DNA from: a virus
Lineage: Duplodnaviria > Caudoviricetes
Length of the DNA: 64,000 nucleotides
Virus record (IMG/VR): IMGVR_UViG_3300002597_000001
Coordinates: 1-64,000 of that record
Strand: one strand, 5' to 3'
Shown: positions 41,527 to 53,300 of the stretch, one piece after another
Position numbering within the stretch: position 1 is the first letter of the stretch
Layout of the letters: each line of letters opens with the position of its first letter
Translations under genes and position numbers: made by a program
The notes under the pieces: model-generated
The model's database searches: none
What the model was told of the DNA's origin: nothing
The model's input: only the letters and a program-made list of their open reading frames with translations

Positions 41527-44500
41527 ATGCCGACTGGATATACAGCGGGAATTGAAGAAGGGAAGATTACTTCCGGGGCTGAGTTTCTTATGCTATGTGC
41601 TAGGGGTTTTGGAGCTTGTATTGATATGAGGGACGAACCGCTGTCTAAGCCCATCCCTGACAAGTTTCAGCCTAGTGGCTATTACGCAGAAAGTCTGCTT
41701 CGTGCCCAGAGAAAACTCGCAGAATATAAAGCTATGACTCCGACCGAAATACATGAGCAAAACGAGGCTGAATACCAGAAGCGAGTAGAGCAAGAGAAAG
41801 CTCGTCAAGAGAAATATGCGGAGATGTTCTCCAAATATCAAAGCGTCCGTGACGAAGTTGAGCGATGGGTGCCTCCAACGGCTGACCACGATGGGCTTAA
41901 AAAATTCGCACTAGAACAGATTGATATGTGCATGCCTGATTTTAGACCGAGACAAGAGAATATTGAACGTATTTCAGATGATGAGTGGATCACTCAGCGC
42001 ATCGATATGTATTCAAGAGATATTCCGTACTACGAGGAGAGAATCGAAGAAGAGCGAAAGAACTATGAGTCTAAGAATAAATGGATTCGTGATCTTAGAA
42101 AAAGTCTTAACATGAAATAGTCTTTTGATAGGAGGATGGTATGCAACTAATTCCAAACGACGCCAGAGGGCCTAAAGAGCCTGATCGATGAAATTGTCGA
42201 GATCTCTATTAAGGCAAGGGGCTGCCTGCGTGAAGGAAGACTATTTGCAGACAACACAATCTGATGAAACATAATTTTGGTGGAGGACATAATGAATTCA
42301 GAAGAAATGGCCGTTATTGAATTTCTTGAGGATGTATATACTGAGGCACACGATGAAGGTGACTGGGTGATGCAGATCAGACTTGCGAGAGCAATCGCCG
42401 CATTCAAAAGCAATCCAGGGGATGCACAGGAGGCTGTGTTCACGGGTGATTTCATCGAAAAATACTACGATGGAGTCTTAGATAAAACGTAACTTTGGTG
42501 AGGTGGAGTAATGAACCTGTATTGGAGAATTTGGTGGTTGCTACGTGATCGGCACATGCGGAAGTATGCCAAACAGCCGCCGTCGATTCAATACGACAGG
42601 CGGTATCACACACATGTCGCCACGGTAAACCCGTCTGAAGATGGCTATATTGAGTATGTTTTGGGAGAGATTACGCAGGGCGGCTTGGTTTATCATTTTA
42701 TGGTTGCTGGAATCGGGCCATTAGGACTGGTGCATATGCATTCGTTTGATGCAGTGCTGAAAATCGCATACGAGGAAGCCGACACGTTCCAGATCCCAGA
42801 TGATTGCCTTGATGAATACAGCCAACAAGAGCTTGAGTTTCTCAAAGCAGTTGTACAGCGGGGGAAATTGGATATGGCAAATTATAAATCAGGAGAACAG
42901 CGATGATGAATGTGTGGAAGGGGATGTTTCTCCGGTGGAGGTATCCGTCTAATTGGTTGGAAAACATCAGGCAAATCCCACGGTCAATTAGATGGAGTTA
43001 CCAGAGAATTACTCGTGGGTTTGCAGATGTTGATGTGTTCAATCTCGATTGTTATCTTTCTGGTGTCATCATTGGCACTTTAAACCATCTTGCCGACCAC
43101 CACTTCGGAGTGCCTTACAGTTTCAAAGACAGTCCGGACGAATGGACAGCCTGGCTCCGAGAGACCGCAAACAAATTTGAAGAAGCTAATAAAATTGAAG
43201 AAGATTCATACTCTGTTGAATTTGAGCAAGTCAAAGCAGAACATGATAAAGCTGCGGGTTTGCGTAAAGAAGGACTTGAGCGGCTCTCGGAATACTGGGG
43301 ATGTCTATGGGATTGACGTAGTTAGAGGTGTGTAATGACAAAAGAAGAATTTTTCATAGAGTTTGGAATGCTGCGGCAGAGGCTGGCTAAGGCAATTAAA
43401 TCCACGCTTGCAGAAGACCCGTATTGCAAATCTTACGAGGGCACATGGGAATTGCTTGTCGGATATCCCAGCTACTTTGATGACAAGACAGGAACTGCCC
43501 AGCCTGAATTCTATAGAATCTCCCTTCACTGTTACGTCCTTGGCCCGTATAGACATTATGACTGGGACGGCAGGAGTTGGGGTGAAGCTTTCGAGCAATG
43601 CAAAGCACAGGTTGAAGAATGGATTAAACCATACGAGGAGGATGCAGATGCAATATAAAAAGGGTGACAAGTTCACCATTGAAATCACAGATGTCATGAC
43701 CGGAGAGGATGGCAAGACCGTCTACCGGATGAATGACTTCTCCAGTCTGGTGTTTGATGATAAGGGACTGGATCGGCTGGAGAAAAAGGTTGTGGAGCCG
43801 GAGAAGAAAAGCCCGTTTGAGCGAGCTATTGGGGAGCATTATTGGAATATAGGTGGCAATGGAGCTGTAAACCAAGAGTATGACAATGAAACAGAGTACG
43901 AAGACGAAGCACTCAAGGTTGCCAACTACTGCACAGACAGATCCATGATGAAGCAACGCGCACTACATGAAACTCTGAACCGTCTGCTGTGGCGGTATTC
44001 GGAGGAGCATGGTGGAGATCCTGAGTGGGACGGGGAAGCATACCATTGGTATATATATTGTCCTTCAACTGGTGGGCTATTATATACGAACGTTTGGAGC
44101 GCCAAGATTCCTGGGATTGTTTATTTCGGTTCTAAGCAAATTGCAGAGTCAGCCATTAACGACATCATAAAGCCGTTCTTAGCCGACCACCCAGAATTCG
44201 TATGGTGAGGTGTCCATTGTGGTATGTGTAAGCTACGATTGCCCAAGGTACGTAGACTGTGCAAGAACAGAAGGATACGGACAAGTCGAGGCGTTTGCAA
44301 CACATGGCTATGGGTATATTTCGGCAGAAGGAATCGTCGAGCACAATGATTGTGGACCGCTTGGAGGTTATGCGATGTTTAAACCAAAACCAAAGAATAT
44401 GCCCGATTTGAGGGAGGCTGAGTGGATAGATGATCCACACGGCAGCACATACAGAGACGGAAGAAGAATTTTTGTCAAGGTGTGCTCAAAATGCGGCGGC

Positions 44501-45556
44501 GCAAATCCGTTCAACATAGTTGGAGAACCGTACTATCCGCAATACTGCTCCGATTGCGGCAGGGCAATGAGAAACAGCCCTGAACTGACGATGAAAGAGA
44601 TATTTGCAGGAGGTGGTTGCGATAGACAGGCTTACAATTCCTAACTGGGATTATAACGATATGTCATTGGGGACGATTGGGCCATGCCTAGCTCGCCTCG
44701 CAGAATACGAAGATATTGGACTGGAGCCGGATAGAGTTAGGCGATTGGAGCTTGCGTTGCTCTCAATGGTTTACCAGTATTGCAAGGTCGATGATGCTAA
44801 TGGAGACTATTTGAGCCACCGATGGATGGAGGCCGGAGAGGAAGCGTTCGACGTGCTTGAGATAACGAACTTCTCTCCGGCAGAGGATGTTTGGAAGCGA
44901 ATCGAGGAGGCCGAAGCGGCGCTGGGAGGTGATACCAATGTATGAGCTGTTATTCAGATCCAGCGACGGTTCTGAGCGTATGATAGCGCAAGTGGAAAAT
45001 GAGGGCAAAGCAACAGAATATATCCACGCTTTCTGCGAGGAGCGAGACTTTAAAATCTACTACACAAGAATGTGGACGGAAGAAGACGGGCGAAAGTGGT
45101 TCGACGTAGGGAGTCACACGGAGTTCTTCATCTTGAGTCCTATACAAGACGTTGTTGGAGGTGGCGAGGATGAACAAAAGTAATCTCTGGTTGGCAATTG
45201 CCGGATACATAGTCGCATTGATGTATATTGGGTTGGGAATCCTGCAGGTCGTAGCTGATGAATTCCAGTATGGTTTTATCTTTGCAGTCGCGTGGATTGT
45301 TATTGGCTCAGTTTGGATGCGGCTTTATAAAAAATACAAAACAGATGTTTGATGGAGGCGTAGGAAGATGAACACATGGAAAGTATTTTTAGCAAACGCA
45401 TTGGAGAATGTCGCTATCGCCATCTGTATAACTTGTGCAGCTATTCATTTTGAAAAATGGAGACTGCTTTGGTTCTTGATAATCATACTGCTTAATTCCG
45501 TCACGACGACAAACTATAAGGTATCAAAAGTCAGAGGAGGTGATGAACATCAGTAA
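41527..45556 (+). CDS. Accessory hypothetical genes (41527-42120, 42292-42492, 42511-42906, 42903-43316, 43335-43658, 43648-44208, 44210-44644, 44622-44945, 44938-45183, 45170-45352, 45368-45556)
   Basis: Co-oriented, tightly packed, RBSs present. Confidence 0.65.
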
Positions 45557-46370
45557 ATGGGTTTGCGAATCTTGTATTTATTACCCGCCGAGTTCAGCAA
45601 ATGGGAAGCCATGCACCCAGTGCAACCCTGACGATCCGTTCTGGAGTTGTTATAGCGAAAAATCGAGCAATCTGAGCCAGATGGATATTGTTTACTTCGT
45701 TAAAGAAGAACCAATCAACGAAGAACTGCGATACTCTCTAAGGTCTGTAGAAAAGAACTTCCCGCACCGGAGGGTATGGTTCTACGGCGGATGCCCCGAT
45801 GATTTACAGCCAGACAGATGGGCCCATATCAAACAGAACGCCAGAAGCAAATGGGGAAACACATCTGGGCTCTTGAGAAACGCTTGTGCCAACGAAGGAA
45901 TCTCTGAGAACTTTGTGCTGTTCAATGACGATTTCTTCGCGATGAGGCCAGTGAATTCTTTGTCATACTACTCTGACGGGCCGCTGGAGGACAGGATTAG
46001 AGAACTATGGTCTCATCATCCAACTGGTTCAGTCTATACAACCAGATTGCAACTCACAAAGAAGATGCTGATGCGGGAACAGCTTCCTACTGAGAACTAT
46101 GCCATGCATATTCCGATGATTATCAATCGCCGTGAGATGCAAGAGACGTTCAAGAAATTTCCCGACGGCGAGATGTGGCGGTCTTTGTATGGCAACCATC
46201 ACAATAAGCCGGTGGAGTACATGAAGGACTGTAAAATCTATAGCCGAGACGAGATGCCGCCCACAGACACGCCGTTTCTCTCCACGACAGACGCAAGTTT
46301 CCTATATGGGAAAGTCGGCGAGTACATCAGAGAGAGATTCCCGAAGCCAAGCAGATTCGAGGAGGTGTGA
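45543..46370 (+). CDS. Stealth-like sugar-phosphotransferase/glycosyltransferase with N-terminal Cys cluster
   Basis: EELRYSLRS..KN.P and FVLFNDDFF motifs. Confidence 0.6.
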   Translation: MNISKWVCESCIYYPPSSANGKPCTQCNPDDPFWSCYSEKSSNLSQMDIVYFVKEEPINEELRYSLRSVEKNFPHRRVWFYGGCPDDLQPDRWAHIKQNARSKWGNTSGLLRNACANEGISENFVLFNDDFFAMRPVNSLSYYSDGPLEDRIRELWSHHPTGSVYTTRLQLTKKMLMREQLPTENYAMHIPMIINRREMQETFKKFPDGEMWRSLYGNHHNKPVEYMKDCKIYSRDEMPPTDTPFLSTTDASFLYGKVGEYIRERFPKPSRFEEV

Positions 46371-46696
46371 ACATAGACATCAAGACTAATATCTTTGATA
46401 AAGAAGAGCTACATACAAATTGCACAGTTCAGATACTTTCGAACTCGGCCACGGGGGAAGTTTCCGTTGGCTGGTGGGAGAATCCAGGGTGGGTTAGAGT
46501 GGAAGACCAGCTCCCCGAGATGGGCAAACATGTACTAGTGATGTTTGACGCAGGAGATATGGCCGTAGCGTTTGTATTTGAACGGGATGAGTACTGGTCA
46601 TACTGGAGAGCAGTCACTGATGATGGTTGGACAGCAGATTGTGATTGCGAGCCAATCTGGTGGATGCCATTACCAGAACCGCCAGAGGAGAGATAA
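46367..46696 (+). CDS. DUF551-like protein
   Basis: WV.VED.LPE...VLV...WMPLPEPP. Confidence 0.8.
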   Translation: MNIDIKTNIFDKEELHTNCTVQILSNSATGEVSVGWWENPGWVRVEDQLPEMGKHVLVMFDAGDMAVAFVFERDEYWSYWRAVTDDGWTADCDCEPIWWMPLPEPPEER

Positions 46697-46720
46697 TGTC
46701 ACAGTTTGTTTACATTTATA

Positions 46721-46790
46721 TCTCATTTGACCTATTGACGAAACACGAAAGATGTGATATATTATACGCAGGAAACCTCATATAGCCTAT
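46721..46790 (+). promoter_or_regulatory. sigmaA promoter flanked by two CTCAT-N4-CCTAT boxes
   Basis: TTGACG 46735-17-TATATT; second box at 46776. Confidence 0.75.
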
Positions 46791-46819
46791 ACAGAATCAA
46801 AGATAAAGGAGGAATGCAA

Positions 46820-47242
46820 ATGGGTTTTCGTACAGGAGCTTATGCAACAGTTTGGGAGGTGACTCCTGAGAAGGAATTTAGCACGAAGTTGCAGATTTCG
46901 ATCAGTCGGAAGAATAAGGACGGCGAATACGAACAGGACTTCTCTGGATTTGTGTATGCCAATGGAACCGGCGCGGCGAAGAAGGCAGCGCAGCTTCAGA
47001 AGCAGGATCGTATTCGGCTTGGTGATGTGGATGTGACCACAACCTACAATAAAGAAAAGAAGGTTACCTATACAAATTATAAGGTATACAGCTTCGCCAC
47101 ATCGGATGACGAGAGGTTCAATCTCGGCGCAAAGGAGTTTGTCGCGGCGATCAATAACAACTCTCAGAGCACTGCTGCCAAGCCCGCAAGCAAGCCCGTG
47201 AATGTAGAACCGGAAGTTTCCACAGAAGATGTGCCATGGTGA
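46820..47242 (+). CDS. ssb: Single-stranded DNA-binding protein
   Basis: OB-fold-like sequence (SRKNKDGEYEQDFSGFV), acidic-aromatic tail EDVPW. Confidence 0.7.
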   Translation: MGFRTGAYATVWEVTPEKEFSTKLQISISRKNKDGEYEQDFSGFVYANGTGAAKKAAQLQKQDRIRLGDVDVTTTYNKEKKVTYTNYKVYSFATSDDERFNLGAKEFVAAINNNSQSTAAKPASKPVNVEPEVSTEDVPW

Positions 47243-48108
47243 GACACGGAGAATCAAAAACAAAGCTCCACAATGTATGGAATTCAATGATCATGAGGTG
47301 TCATAACCCAAATTCCACTGCTTATGCGCACTACGGAGGAAGGGGTATATCCGTATGTGAGGAGTGGAGAGAATATTTGCCATTTGCTGAATGGGCTAAA
47401 TCGAACGGATATCACGAAGGGTTAACAATAGATCGTATAGATGCAAATGGCGATTATTGCCCAGAAAACTGTAGGTGGGCCACGTTTAAAGAACAGGCAA
47501 ATAACAAAACTAATAATCGATACATCACATATTTAGGTGAAACCAAGACGATGTCTCAGTGGAGCGAAATAGTAGGCGTAGATCCAGGAACTATAGCTTT
47601 TAGGCTAGATAATGGTTGGAGCGTTGAAAAAGCTTTGACAACCACACCTCAACACACAGATATAACGTATCGTGGCAAAACAATGTCTGCCGAAGCTTGG
47701 GGGAAAGAAATTGGAATCTCCCCAACAACATTGAGGGGTAGAATGTTACTGGGGTGGAGCGATGATGCTATCATCGAGACTCCTCCAATGTTCAAACAAG
47801 AGGTTGAATACGGCGGGCAGGAAAAACAGGTGTCAGCATGGGCTAGAGCTGTGGGAATGAATCCACAGACACTTTGGAGCAGATTGCGCAAAGGGACCAG
47901 CCTTGAAATTGCGCTTACAACTCCTGTGCAACCCACAACGCACGTCCTCACTACGTCGGACGGAGAATCCCACACGGTTACTGAGTGGAGTAAGATCAGT
48001 AATGTAGACCGCCATACTATTCGAAACAGGCTCAAACGAGGGTGGACTATTGACGAAGCTGTAAGAACGCCTGGGAGAAAGTCAAAAGATGGTGAATCGG
48101 ATGAATAA
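47236..48108 (+). CDS. HNH-type putative homing endonuclease with four C-terminal repeats
   Basis: YGGRGI.VC.EW, TIDRID.NG.Y.PENCRWAT. Confidence 0.8.
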   Translation: MVRHGESKTKLHNVWNSMIMRCHNPNSTAYAHYGGRGISVCEEWREYLPFAEWAKSNGYHEGLTIDRIDANGDYCPENCRWATFKEQANNKTNNRYITYLGETKTMSQWSEIVGVDPGTIAFRLDNGWSVEKALTTTPQHTDITYRGKTMSAEAWGKEIGISPTTLRGRMLLGWSDDAIIETPPMFKQEVEYGGQEKQVSAWARAVGMNPQTLWSRLRKGTSLEIALTTPVQPTTHVLTTSDGESHTVTEWSKISNVDRHTIRNRLKRGWTIDEAVRTPGRKSKDGESDE

Positions 48109-48859
48109 TACAAAAGAATGTTATTCGTTTAGTCGCCTTTCGTCTTTCGAAAATTGCCCATATGGATACTACGAAAGATATATAGGACATAAACCAAGTC
48201 AGAACAACAGCTTCGCCGAATTTGGATCGTATTGTCATTCACTGTTTGAAGCCTATGCCAAAGGAGAATATGAGCTCGACAGTTTAGCTGATATCTATGA
48301 GTTCGGATACTCGGATGCCATTACATGCAAATGGCCTAACAATCGTTTTGTTGACCTTGAATCTAGCTACTACAACGCCGGGAAGAAATTCTTTGAGGAG
48401 TGGGAGGGGTATGACGACTCCTACCACATCCTCGGAGTGGAAGAGGAGTTCACGATTCAGATAGCCGATTTCGATATGACAGGATTCCTTGACCTTGTAT
48501 ACGAAAGAGACTCCAAACTGATCATCCGGGACTACAAATCCAAGGGCGAGATTAAGAAGACGGAGCAACAGCACTACGCTCGGCAACTCTACATATATTC
48601 TGCCTACGTCAAGGAGAAATACGGGAGGTTCCCAGACAAGATCGAGTTCTTCTGCTTCAGAAAAAACCACGTCTTGGAGATTCCGTTCTGTATGGAAGAT
48701 TATTGCGAGGCTATCCAGTGGGCAATTGATATGGTGGCGAAGATACGGAATGAATGGGAGTTTAACAAGACGCCATCGCAATTTTTCTGCTTGAATTTAT
48801 GCAATGTCCGTGGCGAATGTCCCTACGGAAAGTATTGGAGGTGGATGAAAAATAAATAG
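48101..48859 (+). CDS. PD-(D/E)XK exonuclease (RecB/Cas4-like)
   Basis: SFSRL..F..CP, G...H, D...DYKS, QL.IY, C-terminal Cys cluster. Confidence 0.85.
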   Translation: MNNTKECYSFSRLSSFENCPYGYYERYIGHKPSQNNSFAEFGSYCHSLFEAYAKGEYELDSLADIYEFGYSDAITCKWPNNRFVDLESSYYNAGKKFFEEWEGYDDSYHILGVEEEFTIQIADFDMTGFLDLVYERDSKLIIRDYKSKGEIKKTEQQHYARQLYIYSAYVKEKYGRFPDKIEFFCFRKNHVLEIPFCMEDYCEAIQWAIDMVAKIRNEWEFNKTPSQFFCLNLCNVRGECPYGKYWRWMKNK

Positions 48860-48890
48860 AGAACAGAGACGTGCTATCGAGAGGAAAACC

Positions 48891-49211
48891 ATGAAAGAGC
48901 AGAACATTTCTCGTAGCACAGCCAAGAAACTAGTGTATCTTTCTGAGCTGCGAGATAAAGCCAATGCCCCAGAGATCCCAGATGGAACGGCGGTTAAGAT
49001 TGACGCCGCCAGAATCCTAGCGAACCACGGAAATAAGCTGACCAACTACTTGACATATGTCAAGGAGCATCGGGGAGAGGTATTCCATGTGAGTCGGGAT
49101 GACCCGAAAGCAAATAATGCCATGGTGGTACTTACCGAGGACAAGACTCCGGTGAAGTGGTTATGGCACACTAGCGATTTGATTGTAGTAAAGGAGGGAA
49201 ATGATGTATAG
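48891..49211 (+). CDS. Hypothetical protein
   Basis: 106 aa, RBS GAGG. Confidence 0.65.
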   Translation: MKEQNISRSTAKKLVYLSELRDKANAPEIPDGTAVKIDAARILANHGNKLTNYLTYVKEHRGEVFHVSRDDPKANNAMVVLTEDKTPVKWLWHTSDLIVVKEGNDV

Positions 49212-49252
49212 CGGAACTGCAACGCTCTTTTTCTTCATACTCGGGGTGATTT

Positions 49253-49666
49253 TTGGAATTATTGCGCACAAACTGTATTCTGAAACGAATGATGATGGCG
49301 GTGATTGGATTGAATGATATCAAAGTTACGCTCCCGCCAATCAATAGATGGAAAGAAAATATCATCTATGCCGTGGATTTTGACGGGACGCTTTGTTCAA
49401 AGATGTGGCCTATCATCGGGAGCCCAAATCTGGCATTGATTTCCGATTTAATTCTAGCCAGAGAGCTTGGAGATAAGGTGATTCTCTGGACCATGCGGGA
49501 GGGTCAATTGCTGGAAGAAGCAGTTGAATGGTGCATGGAATACGGGCTGGAATTCGACGCCGTGAACGACAACCTCCAGGAACAGCAGGAACTATACGGT
49601 AACAACCCAAGAAAGATTTATGCGGATGTATACATAGATGATCATAACGCATGGATGGAGTGGTAA
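49253..49666 (+). CDS. HAD-superfamily hydrolase
   Basis: AVDFDGT, WT.R, K..ADVYIDD; the start is uncertain. Confidence 0.85.
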   Translation: MELLRTNCILKRMMMAVIGLNDIKVTLPPINRWKENIIYAVDFDGTLCSKMWPIIGSPNLALISDLILARELGDKVILWTMREGQLLEEAVEWCMEYGLEFDAVNDNLQEQQELYGNNPRKIYADVYIDDHNAWMEW

Positions 49667-49696
49667 GTATGAAAACGATGTTTGGTGGGTGGTAAT

Positions 49697-50086
49697 TTGA
49701 GGACGAATCTTCTCGAAGAAACAAAAGCAACGCTGGCCGAGTACAACCTTGATCTCAAGGATGTTAGCTGGGTTGGAATTGGTTTGTACCGCATCCCGTG
49801 GGAGGTATTTCGTCGGGTTGCTGACCAGTTCTATGACAATGGTTATGGCGGTGCTGAGGTGAACGAAAACCTAATCGTGTGCGGCGATGATTGGTGGCTT
49901 GAACGCCATGAATATGACGGATCTGAATGGTGGGAGTATAAGACGATGCCAGTGAAACCCGAGTTAGAGCTGGAACGCCCAGAACTACATATATTCCCAA
50001 GCTTCCACCGTAGATTCTATTTTAATTACGATTCTCCGAATGCCGAGATGGAGTTCAAATCCATCTGCTCAGATGAAGATGAATAA
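49697..50086 (+). CDS. Hypothetical protein
   Basis: YDNGYG...WWLER.EYDGSEWW; bounded by AAA-N6-TTTG sites. Confidence 0.75.
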   Translation: MRTNLLEETKATLAEYNLDLKDVSWVGIGLYRIPWEVFRRVADQFYDNGYGGAEVNENLIVCGDDWWLERHEYDGSEWWEYKTMPVKPELELERPELHIFPSFHRRFYFNYDSPNAEMEFKSICSDEDE

Positions 50087-50114
50087 TAAAAGACTTATTT
50101 GATAAAGGAGATGA

Positions 50115-50321
50115 TTGCTATTGGCAGTGACGTTGTTTTCGACTGGGTGCCCTAAGTGTAATGTCCTAAAGCAGAAACTTGATGAAAGTGGCGTCCAGTA
50201 CGAGGTTTGCTCTGATACGGACAAGATGATGGAACTTGGCTTTTTGGCTGCACCGATCCTCGAAGTGGACGGCAATTATATGGAGTTCTCCGAAGCGATT
50301 AAATGGGTTAATGCCCAGTAA
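50115..50321 (+). CDS. nrdH: NrdH/glutaredoxin-like protein
   Basis: GCPKC, AP.L.VDG; upstream of nrdD. Confidence 0.8.
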   Translation: MLLAVTLFSTGCPKCNVLKQKLDESGVQYEVCSDTDKMMELGFLAAPILEVDGNYMEFSEAIKWVNAQ

Positions 50322-50332
50322 GGAGGAATGAG

Positions 50333-53300
50333 ATGGAAGTTAATATCCGGTTGAATAAGAATTTTACAACGCAGTACAACAAACTACAGGCTGAGTTCGG
50401 TACAGAGATAGCGGCGATTAATGGGTTTGATGACGGGCAGCTTTCCTATACGGATTTCATAGATAATTTTGCGGCTAAGGATGTTGTTGCAGATGCGAGC
50501 ATTGACGGGAATTCCAATGTATCACATAAGGACATCGTCACGCTGGAACGAGAAATGTCCAAGCCTCACGAAAAGCTGATTGCGTTCAGTAAAATCTATC
50601 AGGAGATCCAGGACAAATACGGATTCAAAGCCGCTAATGAGTGGTTGCGACTGGAGTGGATCGGCGCTCTGTATCTGCATGATGCCAGTACCAGCACCCT
50701 CAAGAGCTATTGTTTTGCCTATGATTTGAAGGATCTTGCTGAGAAGGGAATGTACTTCGAAGAAGGTCGGAACGCAAAACCGGCACAGCACTTGATCACA
50801 TTTGTGGATTTTGTGAAAGAATTTGTCAGCTTCACATCCAACCGTACAAGCGGAGCCGTGGGACTCCCGAATCTCATTCCCTATATGTTCTACTTCTGGA
50901 AGAAGGATATTACAGAAGGATATATGGGACTGACGGAAGAGATGGGGGAGCGGTACGCAAAAAGCAATATCCAGAGATTCATCTATGCAGTCAATCAAAG
51001 CCACTGCCGCGATGGTTCGCAATCGGCCTTTACGAATACTTCGATTTTCGACCATCCTTATTTTGAAGCGCTGTTCGGCGGGGCAGTATTTCCAGACGGA
51101 TCATTCATGATCGACTACGAGGAGGAGATCATTGAATTCCAAAAATGGTATCTGGAAGAAATGGCGGCAATCCATTCGGAAAACATGTTCACGTTCCCTG
51201 TTAATTCTATCAGTCTTCTCCGGCAGAACGGGAAATTTGTAGATGAGGAATTTGCCAAATATGCTGTGCGACACAATATGGAATGGTCTGATTCAAATCT
51301 CTTTGTGGACAGTTCTGTTAACAGTTTGAGTAACTGCTGTAGACTCAAGTCCAATATCCAAGACCTCGGCTATTTCAACAGTATTGGCGGAACGGCGCTC
51401 AAGGTCGGTTCTGTAAAGGTGAATACTGTGAATCTCGCAAGAATCGCGCTGGATTGCACAACTGAAGAGGAATATCTGGACGAGCTTTATCACAGGACGA
51501 CTGTCTGCCTCCGCGCTCTGGATGTGGTCAGGAGCATCATCCGCAGTAATGTCAGGAAGGGGCTCCTCCCGAATTTCTCCAAGGGCCTCATTGATTTCGA
51601 GCACCTTTATAATACAGTGGGCTTCCTGGGTATCTATGAGACAATGAAGAAATTCGGATATACCAAGGTCGATCCGTTTGGAAATACATACTACACGCCG
51701 CTGGCGTCTACTTTCGGTCAGAAGATTTTCCAGACGATGCGGAAAGCAGCAGACGATTTTATCGCAGCAGATCCCACGGTGGATTACCAAATCAACACCG
51801 AACAGATCCCAGGCGAATCAGCGGCTGCGAAGCTGATGAAAAAGGACAAGTTCTTCTATCCTGACGCCAACATCTACGATTTGCCGTTGTATGGAAACCA
51901 GTTCATTCCGCTGGGGATCCAGACCACGTTACAGGAACGTGTGCGGATCGCCGCCGAGTTCGACGGCTACTGCAACGGAGGCTCGATCCTCCATGCCAAT
52001 ATCGACGCGCCGTTTGACAGTTTTGAGAAGGCGTGGAAGATGGTAAACTACATCGCTGATGCCGGTGTAACGTATTTCGCATTCAATACCAAAATTCAGT
52101 CGTGCGAAGACAACCATGCGTTCTACGGAGATACTTGCCCAGTGTGCGGGAAACCTGTAGATGCGGAGTTCACGAGGATCGTAGGGTAAAGTGGTGTACT
52201 GCCCAATGCTTTGGCAACAAGGTAACGCGATCTAAAACAAGAAACCTCGAATATGCGGGGACCCCCTTAGAGACTTCAATACTAACCCACAGGGAAACCG
52301 AGTGGCGGCGGAACTAATCACTCCGGGACAGTAATAAGTTGAAGTATTGGGAAATCCGCAGGCATAGCTGAAATGCGATGGCCCCAACGACTACCAAGAG
52401 GCGTCCGATCACGGACGAAGGTATAGTCTATTCCGATTAGAAATAAGGAGAAATACATATGACTAATAGAGAAGATTTCACAGGACAGATATTTGGCAAA
52501 AGAAAAGTAATTCGTAATTATTGTGTTGAAGAAGATTGGATTAATATTGGAAAGCCGATACCGAATGATATCCGCAAGTACAGATTGTCAGAATGCCTGA
52601 ACTGCGGCGCAAAAGTTCCAGTGCTTATGAAAAACCTCTTTGAGCGCCCTCCAAAAAGGTGTTGTTTTTGCTCCAATATTCGGAATACCAGTACGACAAT
52701 TCAGTCTTCCACAAATACTTGGACATTGTATGACGATTATGCGGCTGTCAATGTTACTTATAAAGATGGCGTCGTGACCGGATACGTCAGTAAAGAAGAT
52801 TATGAGGATGTTTCAAATCGTATGTGGCGGGTAAGCAAAAAGAAGAACAAATATTATTTGCTCAGTGGCTCCAAATACAAAGACGATGTCATCTATCTGC
52901 ACAGATTTATCCTACGAGATAAGGAAATCCTGTCTGGGCACGAAGTTGATCACATTGATGGGAATTCGCTGAATAACCGCCGAGAAAATCTTCGGGTTGT
53001 AACGAGGCTTGAGAACATACAAAATGTGTCTCAACGAATCGATAACCAGATTGGAATCAGAGGTATTGCGCCGGATGGGCGTGGTAAATACACGGTGGAT
53101 TTTTCTCATAATAATAAACGGTATTACTTTAAGCCATGGGACACATTGGCCGAAGCCGTCTGCTGCCGAGGTGTTTTGGAAGATTACTTCGGTCTTGAAA
53201 TGATTAGGCGAAATCCAAAAGCGCAGGCAGTTGACGTTCTGCCTCTATGTCAGGTAAGTGAAATCAAACAATATGTATTATCCAAAATATCGTGAAAGCG

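Noticed and set aside
48101-48859. Cas4 of a CRISPR system
   Set aside because: It is a stand-alone PD-(D/E)XK nuclease near ssb, in a typical phage recombination context.
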